NCBI GenBank assembly: GCA_013152485.1
Contig: JAADGG010000060.1
Coordinates: 4,542 to 68,541 of the forward strand
Direction of reading: 5' to 3'
From: Nitrospirota bacterium
GTDB lineage: Bacteria; Nitrospirota; Thermodesulfovibrionia; Thermodesulfovibrionales; JdFR-85
DNA length: 64,000 nucleotides
Notes under the pieces: generated by a model
Databases searched by the model: none
What the model was told of the DNA's origin: nothing
The model's input: the letters and a program-made list of their open reading frames with translations, nothing else
Part shown: in pieces, positions 56,670-64,000 of the stretch
Layout: the number at the start of each line of letters is the position of its first letter
Numbering within the stretch: position 1 is the first letter of the stretch
Position numbers and translations under genes: made by a program

Positions 56670-57483
56670 TCCCACCGTAAAGAAGGCCGTCAAACTGAGG
56701 AACAGGCCTGAAAAATACGCGCCGACCCTCAAGAACCCCTCCGGAGAGGTGCTGATCGAAGGACCCCGTACGATTGAGACGGCCATCGAGTCAGGGGCTG
56801 CTATCAAACTGGCCCTCGTGAGGGAAGACGCCCTCCGGGACGACGGGCACGGTGCAGTGATCGAAAGACTTCTCAGCCTCGCCGTCCCTGTATACGTCCT
56901 GGACAGGGCTCAGATGGACCGCATATCCGGCACGGTTACGCCCCAGGGCATGATTGCGGTCTGCGGGGTCGAGGCAAAGCCCCTCGACAGGATCTCCCCC
57001 GGACGGGACGAACTCCTCGTCGTATCCGACGGCATACAGGATCCGGGGAATACCGGCACGATCATCAGGATCTGTGACGCCGCAGGCATCCGCGTGTTCA
57101 TCTCCCTGAAGGGCTCTGCCAATCCCTTCACTCCCAAGGTGATAAGGGCGTCTGCAGGGAGTGTCTTCAACCTGGACATAGTGCTGGCGGAAAGGAAGGA
57201 GTTCCTGAAGTGGTGCAGAAGACACGACATGCCCGTCATAGTAACAGCGCCCGATGCGGAGAAGACCGTCTTCGACTTCGACCTCGAGGGCGGCGGGGCT
57301 GTCGTTCTTGGAAGCGAGTCGAGGGGGGTCAGCAGCGAGGTAAGGGACGCGTCGTTCTGCAGCCTCAAGGTACCCATCTATGGAAGGGCCGAAAGCCTCA
57401 ACGTGGCTGCAACCGCTGCAATCACCATATACGAGCTCGTCAGGAAGAGGTCAGCGGCCCGGCCCTATCCCGCCAGACCATGA
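56638..57483 (+). CDS. TrmH/RlmB-family RNA 2'-O-methyltransferase
   Basis: 281-aa ORF with SpoU motifs GIQDPGNTGTIIRICDAAG, LGSESRGVS and ESLNVAATAAITIYE, plus an N-terminal substrate-binding-type domain. Confidence 0.8.
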   Translation: MKSRTLRSPHNPTVKKAVKLRNRPEKYAPTLKNPSGEVLIEGPRTIETAIESGAAIKLALVREDALRDDGHGAVIERLLSLAVPVYVLDRAQMDRISGTVTPQGMIAVCGVEAKPLDRISPGRDELLVVSDGIQDPGNTGTIIRICDAAGIRVFISLKGSANPFTPKVIRASAGSVFNLDIVLAERKEFLKWCRRHDMPVIVTAPDAEKTVFDFDLEGGGAVVLGSESRGVSSEVRDASFCSLKVPIYGRAESLNVAATAAITIYELVRKRSAARPYPARP

Positions 57484-57673
57484 TCGCCACCTCGGGACAG
57501 ATCTCCGCACAAAGCATGCATCCCGTACAGGCGTCAGGCTCCGTCAGCCGTACCGGGTAGTAGCCGGCCCTGTTGAACTCCGTATCGGCCACTATCATGC
57601 CCTTGGGGCATGCTATCACACAGTACCCGCAGCCCTTGCATAGTTCCCTGTCTATCTCGACCTTGCCTTTCAC
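57440..57673 (-). CDS. 2x[4Fe-4S] ferredoxin-type small protein
   Basis: 77-aa ORF with CKGCGYCVIACP and CTGCMLCAEICP. It overlaps the methyltransferase 3' end convergently by 44 nt. Confidence 0.75.
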   Translation of the reverse strand: MKGKVEIDRELCKGCGYCVIACPKGMIVADTEFNRAGYYPVRLTEPDACTGCMLCAEICPEVAIMVWRDRAGPLTSS

Positions 57674-57759
57674 AGCACCTCCCTGTCAGAACAGAGCATA
57701 AACATACCCGTTACGTTATACATCGCCGAAACCGAAAACGACATCGATCCGATCCTCCG

Positions 57760-59409
57760 TCAATATCCTGCCTTGAGAAGCAGGTCTTCCGCGTGCTTGA
57801 GGGACGGCTTCGTCACGGAACCGCTGAGCATCCTGGCGATCTCCCGCACCCGCTCCTCACGGCCGAGCCTCCTGATCGCAACAGTGACACTGGTGCCGTC
57901 TTCGTCGTTCTTTGTCACGAGCAGGTGAGAGGCCGCCCTCGATGCAATCTGCGGCAGGTGGGTGATGCATATCACCTGGTGTCTCTCCGAGAGCCTCTTC
58001 AACGCGTCAGCGACCGATTCGGCGGCCTGGCCGCCTACACCTGCGTCCACCTCGTCAAAGATCAGAACTGGCACCCTGTCGACATCGGCAAACACGCTCT
58101 TCAGCGCAAGCATCACCCTGGAGAGTTCTCCCCCAGAGGCGACCTTGCTGAGGGGACGCGGCTGCTGACCGGGATTGGCGGAAAAGAGGAACTCCACCCT
58201 GTCGGTACCGGTCGAGGAAACCGGGATCTCTTCAAACTCGATCCTGAGGTCGGGGTGACCGAAGGCAAGCCGGGCGAGTATACCCTTGAGCATCTCTTCG
58301 ACCATCCGGGCCTTTTCCTTCCTCTTCCTGCTCAGCAAAGCGGCCTTCTCCATCAGTGCGGAACGGATACCTTCCAGCTCCGCATCCATCCCGGCCCCCT
58401 GCTCCTCGAGCCCCAACAAGTCTTCAAGCTCCGCCACGGCCCTCTCCCTGTAGTCGAGCACCTCCTCCACGGTCTCACCATACTTCCTCTTGAGATCATC
58501 GATCAGTGCCAGTCTCGACTCCACGTCCTCAAGCCTCCGAGGCTCGCAGTCGTACCTCTCCTTCACGGCGCGCAGGGAGACGGCGGAATCCTGCAGCAGC
58601 GCCTCAGCGTCCATCAGGGCTTTCAGCACCTCCGACGCAGAGGAATCCATGCGGGCGAGATCCTCCACATCAGCGATCACCCTGCTCAGTTTCTCGAGCA
58701 CCGCACCGTCTTCGTCCTTCAGAAGGGAAAAAGCCGACTCTCCAAGGTACCTCAATCGAGCGAGGTTGGAGAGGACCGACTTCTCCTCGAGCAGGCGTTC
58801 CTCTTCTCCGGGCTGGAGCGCGGCGGCATCGATCTCATCGGACTGATACCTCAGGAGGTCGATCCTCTGTGCACGCTCCCTCGCCTTGCCCCTTATGGAC
58901 TCGATGGTCTCCACCAGAGAGCGGTACCTTTCGTAAAGCCTTGAGACCTCGTCCACGAGGGGGTTCAGCCTTCCGAAGGAGTCGACCAGCCCCCTCTGCA
59001 CAGCGGAAGAGAGGAGGCTCTGGTGCTCGTGCTGGCCATGTAGGTCCACAAGCCCCCGGCCGAAGGCCGCGAGGGTTTGCAGGGTCACGAGGGAATCGTT
59101 GATATAGGCCCTGCTCCTTCCGGCCCTCGAGATCACACGCCTCACTATCACCCCGTCGTCTCCGGAGAGCCCGACCGACTCAAGCAGCGGGCTCTCCCCG
59201 ACCTCGAAGAGGGCCTCTATCCACGCCTCCTCGGCACCGGCCCTCACGGAGTCCGAGCTCGCCCTGCCGCCGAGCACGAGCTCGATTGCGTCCACCACCA
59301 GGGACTTGCCGGCCCCGGTCTCCCCTGTTATCACGTTCAACCCCTCCTCGAAGGAGACGCCGACACTGTCAACTATTGCGAAGTTCCTTATCCTCAGCTC
59401 TCTCAACAT
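57760..59409 (-). CDS. recN: DNA repair protein RecN
   Basis: 549-aa ORF with N-terminal Walker A GETGAGKS, a long coiled-coil middle, and C-terminal ASGGELSRVMLAL with Walker B LIFDEVDAGVGG. Confidence 0.9.
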   Translation of the reverse strand: MLRELRIRNFAIVDSVGVSFEEGLNVITGETGAGKSLVVDAIELVLGGRASSDSVRAGAEEAWIEALFEVGESPLLESVGLSGDDGVIVRRVISRAGRSRAYINDSLVTLQTLAAFGRGLVDLHGQHEHQSLLSSAVQRGLVDSFGRLNPLVDEVSRLYERYRSLVETIESIRGKARERAQRIDLLRYQSDEIDAAALQPGEEERLLEEKSVLSNLARLRYLGESAFSLLKDEDGAVLEKLSRVIADVEDLARMDSSASEVLKALMDAEALLQDSAVSLRAVKERYDCEPRRLEDVESRLALIDDLKRKYGETVEEVLDYRERAVAELEDLLGLEEQGAGMDAELEGIRSALMEKAALLSRKRKEKARMVEEMLKGILARLAFGHPDLRIEFEEIPVSSTGTDRVEFLFSANPGQQPRPLSKVASGGELSRVMLALKSVFADVDRVPVLIFDEVDAGVGGQAAESVADALKRLSERHQVICITHLPQIASRAASHLLVTKNDEDGTSVTVAIRRLGREERVREIARMLSGSVTKPSLKHAEDLLLKAGY

Positions 59410-59476
59410 TATAAAAAAATATCATAACAGTATCAGAGAAAAAAAGGCCAAAAAAGCGGTTAAAATGCTAATTTTC

Positions 59477-59506
59477 TTGAAATAACAATCTTTAATCTAA
59501 TAGAAT
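59477..59506 (+). promoter_or_regulatory. Candidate sigma70-type promoter of the por operon
   Basis: TTGAAA (59477-59482), an 18-nt spacer, then TAGAAT (59501-59506). It lies in an AT-rich divergent region ~70 nt upstream of the porG start. This is a pattern match only. Confidence 0.3.
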
Positions 59507-59574
59507 ATACTGCGGTCGGAAGACTTATCCGTTTTTCAACAGAAACCCAGATGGAGTCAACGGAGGAATCCTTT

Positions 59575-60150
59575 ATGAGTGAGACAATCGAGATCAGATG
59601 GCACGGCAGGGGGGGACAGGGCACTGTCACTGCTGCCAAGGTATTGGCCGACGCATGCCTGAGCGGCGGCAAAAACGTACAGGCATTTCCGGAGTACGGC
59701 CCCGAACGGGCGGGCGCACCCCTGAGGGCTTACAACCGAATAAGCACAAAACCCCTGAGGATCCACTGTCCGGTCACACATCCGAAGATCGTGGTCGTCA
59801 TGGATGCCACGCTCATTGAAAGCATCGACATCACCGAAGGAACACCCGACGATGCCATCTTCGTGGTCAACACGCACAAGACGCCCGAAGAGATCAGGAA
59901 GAAGCTGAAACTGAAAGACACTCAGAAACTCTTCACCATAGATGCGAGCACGATCGCCCTGGAGACCATCGGAAGACCCCTGCCGAACTCGTGCGTGCTC
60001 GGTGCTCTTACCAGGGCTTCCGGGATAACGGACCTTCAGACGCTGCTTGACGACGTGAAGGGGAGCTTCGGCAGCAAATTCTCTGAAAAGATTATCACGG
60101 CCAACCTTGAGGCAACCAGGAGAGGCTATGAGGAGGTTAAAGAAGGATGA
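59575..60150 (+). CDS. porG: Pyruvate/2-oxoacid:ferredoxin oxidoreductase gamma subunit
   Basis: IEIRWHGRGGQGTVTAAKVLA...FPEYGPERAGAP. I prefer the ATG at 59575 behind ACGGAGGAA. Confidence 0.85.
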   Translation: MSETIEIRWHGRGGQGTVTAAKVLADACLSGGKNVQAFPEYGPERAGAPLRAYNRISTKPLRIHCPVTHPKIVVVMDATLIESIDITEGTPDDAIFVVNTHKTPEEIRKKLKLKDTQKLFTIDASTIALETIGRPLPNSCVLGALTRASGITDLQTLLDDVKGSFGSKFSEKIITANLEATRRGYEEVKEG

Positions 60151-60440
60151 AACTAAAGGGATGGAAAGAACTGGAAATGGGGGCTGTTATCCCTGAGGCA
60201 GGCAATGCAGAACAGTACAACACCGGTTCGTGGCGTGCCTTCAGGCCTCAATGGATAGAGGAAAACTGTATTCAGTGTCTCTTTTGCTGGATATACTGCC
60301 CTGACTCGTCTGTCACGGTAAAGGACGGCAAAAGGGGCGAGTTCGACTACGGACACTGCAAGGGCTGCGGAGTCTGCGCTCACGAGTGTCCGGGGAAAAA
60401 GGGAAACAAGGCCATAGTGATGGTAGAGGAGGGCAACTGA
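60147..60440 (+). CDS. porD: Pyruvate:ferredoxin oxidoreductase delta subunit (2x[4Fe-4S])
   Basis: 97-aa ORF with CIQCLFCWIYCP and CKGCGVCAHECP. It has an ATGA overlap with porG. Confidence 0.85.
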   Translation: MKLKGWKELEMGAVIPEAGNAEQYNTGSWRAFRPQWIEENCIQCLFCWIYCPDSSVTVKDGKRGEFDYGHCKGCGVCAHECPGKKGNKAIVMVEEGN

Positions 60441-60441
60441 A

Positions 60442-61620
60442 ATGGGCAAGAAACTCGCAATCACAGGAAACCAGGCCGTGGCAGAGGCCATGAAGCAGAT
60501 AAATCCCGACGTGTGCGCCGCATATCCTATTACGCCCTCGACGGAGATAATGCAGAGGTTTGCGTCCTTTGTATCTGACGGGGTGGTGGATACGGAACTC
60601 GTCACCGTGGAGAGCGAACACAGTGCAATGAGCGCCTGCATAGGCGCCTCGGCGGCCGGGGGCAGGGTGATGACGGCGACCTCGTCACAGGGGCTCGCCC
60701 TCATGTGGGAAATGCTCCATATCGCCTCCGGCATGCGGCTTCCCATCGCGATGGCTCTCGTAAACAGGGCCCTTTCCGCGCCGCTCAACATTCACGGAGA
60801 CCACTCCGACGGAATGGGATCGAGGGATTGCGGCTGGATTCAGCTCTACTCCGAGAATGCACAGGAGGCGTACGACAACATATTCCAGGCGGTAAGAATC
60901 GCGGAGCACGAAGATATAAGGCTTCCTGCAATGGTATGCATGGACGGGTTCATAATAAGCCACTCCATCGAGAGCATGGAGTTCCTTCCCGACGATGTCG
61001 TAAAAGACTTCATAGGTGAGTTCAAGCCGACCAACCCCCTTCTCGACGTCGACAAACCCGTCACCTACGGTCCCCTCGTGCTGCCGGATTACTACATAGA
61101 GTTCAAGAAGGCCCAGCACGAGGCTATAAAGCGCGCCAAGAGGGTCACCTTGGAGGTGGCCAAGGAGTTCGAGAAGATATCGGGCAGAAGCTACGGCCTG
61201 TTCGAGTCCTACAGACTGGAAGACGCCGAGATCGCAATCGTGGTGCTCAACTCTGCTGCGGGCACGGCCAAGGACGTGGTGGACGCCTTCAGGGACAAGG
61301 GAATAAAGGTGGGACTGCTCAAGCCGCGGCTCTTCAGGCCGTTCCCGTATGAAGAGGTGGCGGATGCCTTGGGCGGTGCAAAGGTGATAGGCGTCTTCGA
61401 CAGGGCCGACTCCTTCGGCGGATTCGGACCGATGTACATGGAGATCGCATCCGCTATGGTGGCATCAGGCTCCAGTCCCCTGATGATAAACAGGATATAC
61501 GGTCTCGGCGGCAGGGACTTCATGCCCGAGGATGCAGAGGCCGTGATCAAGGAGCTGGTCGAGATCGCCGATACGGGTAAGGCCGGAACCTTGAAGGAGT
61601 ATATCGGAGTCAGGGAGTAG
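60442..61620 (+). CDS. porA: Pyruvate:ferredoxin oxidoreductase alpha subunit
   Basis: 392-aa ORF whose N-terminus GNQAVAEAMKQINPDVCAAYPITPSTEI is typical of POR/VOR alpha. Confidence 0.85.
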   Translation: MGKKLAITGNQAVAEAMKQINPDVCAAYPITPSTEIMQRFASFVSDGVVDTELVTVESEHSAMSACIGASAAGGRVMTATSSQGLALMWEMLHIASGMRLPIAMALVNRALSAPLNIHGDHSDGMGSRDCGWIQLYSENAQEAYDNIFQAVRIAEHEDIRLPAMVCMDGFIISHSIESMEFLPDDVVKDFIGEFKPTNPLLDVDKPVTYGPLVLPDYYIEFKKAQHEAIKRAKRVTLEVAKEFEKISGRSYGLFESYRLEDAEIAIVVLNSAAGTAKDVVDAFRDKGIKVGLLKPRLFRPFPYEEVADALGGAKVIGVFDRADSFGGFGPMYMEIASAMVASGSSPLMINRIYGLGGRDFMPEDAEAVIKELVEIADTGKAGTLKEYIGVRE

Positions 61621-61672
61621 ACGGTCAACTCAAGATTCAAAACCCAAAATTCAAGATTCCAAGGAGTGAAAG

Positions 61673-62629
61673 ATGTCAACACCATTGAGGTTAAAGGAAC
61701 TTTCCAAAAAGGCTGATTTACTCACAGGCGGCCACAGGCTCTGTGCCGGCTGTGGTGCACCCATAGCAATCAGGCAGGTACTGCTTGCCGCTGAGGTCCC
61801 CCTGGTGGCCTCAAACGCAACCGGATGTCTCGAGGTCTCGACAACCATCTATCCGTACACCGCATGGAAGATTCCGTGGATACATACCGCATTTGAAAAC
61901 GCCGCCGCCACGATCTCGGGCGCAGAGGCCATGTACAAGTCACTGAAGAAGCAGGGCAAGATAGACCGCAAGATCAAGTTCATTGCATTCGGCGGAGACG
62001 GCGGCACCTATGACATCGGCTTTCAGAGCCTCTCCGGCGCAATGGAGCGCGGGCATGACATCGTCTACATCTGCTACGACAACGGGGCGTACATGAATAC
62101 CGGGATACAGAGATCGAGCGCCACACCGTTAGGCGCCAACACCACGACCTGCCCGGCCGGCAGTGTGATACACGGCAAGCCCCAGCCTCGCAAAAACCTG
62201 ACCAAGATAATGGCGGCGCACAACATCCCTTATTCCGCCCAGGCCTCACCGGCACACTGGCGCGACCTCATGACAAAGGTCCGTAAGGCACTCGAGGTCG
62301 ACGGCCCTGCCTTCATAAACATACTCGCACCCTGCAACCGCGGCTGGAGGACCCCCACGCACAATGCGATAGAGCTATGCAGGCTCGCTGCCGACACGTG
62401 CTTCTGGCCGCTCTACGAATATGAAAACGGCAGGCTGACCATAAACTACAAGCCTAAAGAAAAGAAGCCGGTCACGGAATTCCTCAAGACACAGGGCAGG
62501 TTCAAGCATCTCTTCTCGCCGGACAGTCAGGACCTCCTGAAACAGGCACAGGAGAACGTCGACCGCGAGTGGGACAACCTCTTGAGAGAGGCTGCCTGCT
62601 GGGCCGACGAGGCTGAACAAACGGGATAA
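61673..62629 (+). CDS. porB: Pyruvate:ferredoxin oxidoreductase beta subunit (TPP-binding)
   Basis: 318-aa ORF with CAGCG, GGDGGTYDIGFQSLSGA and DNGAYMNTGIQRS (TPP/Mg motif region). Confidence 0.85.
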   Translation: MSTPLRLKELSKKADLLTGGHRLCAGCGAPIAIRQVLLAAEVPLVASNATGCLEVSTTIYPYTAWKIPWIHTAFENAAATISGAEAMYKSLKKQGKIDRKIKFIAFGGDGGTYDIGFQSLSGAMERGHDIVYICYDNGAYMNTGIQRSSATPLGANTTTCPAGSVIHGKPQPRKNLTKIMAAHNIPYSAQASPAHWRDLMTKVRKALEVDGPAFINILAPCNRGWRTPTHNAIELCRLAADTCFWPLYEYENGRLTINYKPKEKKPVTEFLKTQGRFKHLFSPDSQDLLKQAQENVDREWDNLLREAACWADEAEQTG

Positions 62630-62738
62630 TGTGAAGAAGGCAGGTTGAAAATAATCTCCCTTTCTGTTAATGTAAAACATCGGGACCCATGGACGCCATC
62701 GAAGAAATTGGCCCAAAAAAGATCTGTCCGGGAGAGAG

Positions 62739-63224
62739 ATGTCAGATTTCGTAATGTATGAGGAAGAGTTCCGGAGGGTCGATGAGGAATTAAGGAGGCT
62801 GTACCAGCTGGCCAATGCCAAGCTCGTCTTTCTCGTTGACAAGAACGGTCAGCTGATCGCCTCAGCGGGTGACACACAGAATATCGACACAACAGCTCTC
62901 GCCTCTCTCACTGCCGGCAACATAGCCGCCACAGGCGGTATAGCAAAGCTACTCGGCCAGAAGGAGTTTTCCATCCTCTTCCACGAAGGGGACAGGGACA
63001 ACATCCACATATCGATCGTGGCCAACAAGGTCATCCTCGGTGTGCTCTTCGACCAGAGGTCTTCACTGGGAATCGTAAGGCTCAGGGTCAAGAAGTCCAC
63101 GGCGGCACTGACGAGGATCTTTCACGAGATGGACAGGAAGGCCCTCGGAGAGAACAGGGGACGGGCGGAACTGTCCCCCTTTGCCGAGATCACCGATGAA
63201 GATATCGACCAACTTTTCAAGTAG
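62739..63224 (+). CDS. mglB: MglB (Roadblock/LC7-domain GTPase-activating protein)
   Basis: 161-aa ORF. VMYEEEF...NAKLVFLVDKNGQLIASAGDTQNIDTTALASLTAGN...SLGIVRLRVKK is very close to Myxococcus MglB as I recall it. Confidence 0.85.
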   Translation: MSDFVMYEEEFRRVDEELRRLYQLANAKLVFLVDKNGQLIASAGDTQNIDTTALASLTAGNIAATGGIAKLLGQKEFSILFHEGDRDNIHISIVANKVILGVLFDQRSSLGIVRLRVKKSTAALTRIFHEMDRKALGENRGRAELSPFAEITDEDIDQLFK

Positions 63225-63234
63225 GTGTTATTAG

Positions 63235-63822
63235 GTGTCCTTTATAAACTACTCCTCCAGAGAGATAAACTGCAAGATCGTCTATTACGGCCCCGGGCTT
63301 TGTGGCAAGACCACTAACCTGCAATTCATCTACAAGAAAACCTCCCCGAAGCAGAAGGGGAAGCTGATATCACTGGCCACCGAGACCGAGCGGACACTCT
63401 TCTTCGACTTCCTGCCGCTGGCGCTCGGTGACATAAAGGGATTCAAGGTGCGATTTCATCTCTACACCGTGCCGGGACAGGTCTTTTATGCCGCCAGCAG
63501 AAAACTGATACTCAAGGGAGTGGACGGGGTCGTCTTTGTTGCGGATTCACAGATCGAGAGGACGGATGCCAACATCGAGAGCCTCGAAGACCTCAAGATA
63601 AACCTCGCCGACCAGGGATACGAGCTGGACAGGCTCCCCTACACGATACAGTACAACAAGCGGGACCTTCCGAACATAGTCCCGGTGGCCGAACTGGACA
63701 GGCTTCTGAACCCCACCGGGGTCCCCTGGTTCGAGTGTGTCGCAACTCAGGGCATGGGAGTGTTCGAGACCCTCAAGAATATCGGGAAGCAGGTCCTCAT
63801 GGAGCTTAAGAAGCACTACTGA
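63235..63822 (+). CDS. mglA: MglA (Ras-like small GTPase)
   Basis: 195-aa ORF with a GTG start. MSFINYSSREINCKIVYYGPGLCGKTTNLQFIY...RFHLYTVPGQVFY...VFVADSQ is near-identical to Myxococcus MglA as I recall it. Confidence 0.9.
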   Translation: MSFINYSSREINCKIVYYGPGLCGKTTNLQFIYKKTSPKQKGKLISLATETERTLFFDFLPLALGDIKGFKVRFHLYTVPGQVFYAASRKLILKGVDGVVFVADSQIERTDANIESLEDLKINLADQGYELDRLPYTIQYNKRDLPNIVPVAELDRLLNPTGVPWFECVATQGMGVFETLKNIGKQVLMELKKHY

Positions 63823-64000
63823 ACGATCAGCCGGAGAGCCCTTTCATGAAACGTTATCACTGCGGGGGTCCTGCCGAAGTAGTCGCCGTCTATCTGCACA
63901 TGTGCCTCTCCGGACACCTCTATCCTCCGCCCTTCTATGCATGCCGGCCCCTTGTGCCTGCCGCTGACGACTCCGAGCACATACCTGAGGAGATCCGACC
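63816..64000 (-). CDS. C-terminal fragment of a diacylglycerol/lipid kinase (YegS/BmrU family); N-terminus outside window
   Basis: Not in the ORF track because it runs off the right edge. My reverse-complement translation is ...SDLLRYVLGVVSGRHKGPACIEGRRIEVSGEAHVQIDGDYFGRTPAVITFHERALRLIVQ*. This resembles the C-terminal ..vDGE....tP..i.v.p.al.. pattern of DAGK-family kinases. The TAG stop at 63816-63818 overlaps the mglA 3' end by 7 nt. Confidence 0.5.
   Translation of the reverse strand, partial: SDLLRYVLGVVSGRHKGPACIEGRRIEVSGEAHVQIDGDYFGRTPAVITFHERALRLIVQ

Noticed and set aside
1-64000. CRISPR arrays, rRNA genes, IS elements and toxin-antitoxin or known defence-system genes.
   Set aside because: I saw no regularly spaced direct repeats, no rRNA-like sequence, and no cas, transposase, integrase or recognisable defence-protein motifs in any frame of the ORF track.

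Overview
64-kb chromosomal window from what looks like an anaerobic, diderm (LPS-making) bacterium. It is moderately GC-rich by eye and uses AGG/ATA-rich codons. My guess is a Nitrospirota/Thermodesulfovibrionia- or Desulfobacterota-like lineage, which cannot be verified here. I call about 58 protein genes and 3 tRNAs. I saw no rRNA, CRISPR array, transposase or integrase. Most content is housekeeping: trpE-trpG-trpD plus an orphan trpB2; aroC-aroK; leuD, leuB, asd; glgB and pgm; fbp; RNase R; recN; an LPS block (oxidoreductase, aminotransferase, lpxB, waaA); a heme/siroheme block (hemX-like, hemA, hemC, cobA-hemD); 4-subunit pyruvate:ferredoxin oxidoreductase; motAB; mglBA; and c-di-GMP genes (GGDEF, HD-GYP). 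A six-gene respiratory cluster joins a tetraheme cytochrome/FeS/NrfD module to a Rieske/cytochrome b/pentaheme-cytochrome module. The most unusual region is 29.5-34.8 kb, next to tRNA-Gly and tRNA-Cys. It holds a tightly coupled operon of a pyruvoyl-type histidine-decarboxylase homologue, a DUF885-like HExxH protein, a C45/phospholipase-B-like Cys-Ntn hydrolase and YjbQ. That operon follows a 563-nt hairpin-rich spacer and a small unknown protein, and the small protein has a paralogue at 5.4-5.8 kb. Other non-genic oddities are a nested perfect-palindrome element flanked by ~58-nt direct repeats (2363-2663) and a GATTCAA heptamer microsatellite inside hemC, whose motif recurs between porA and porB. 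All functional calls rest on motif recognition by eye and recalled family knowledge. No searches were run.
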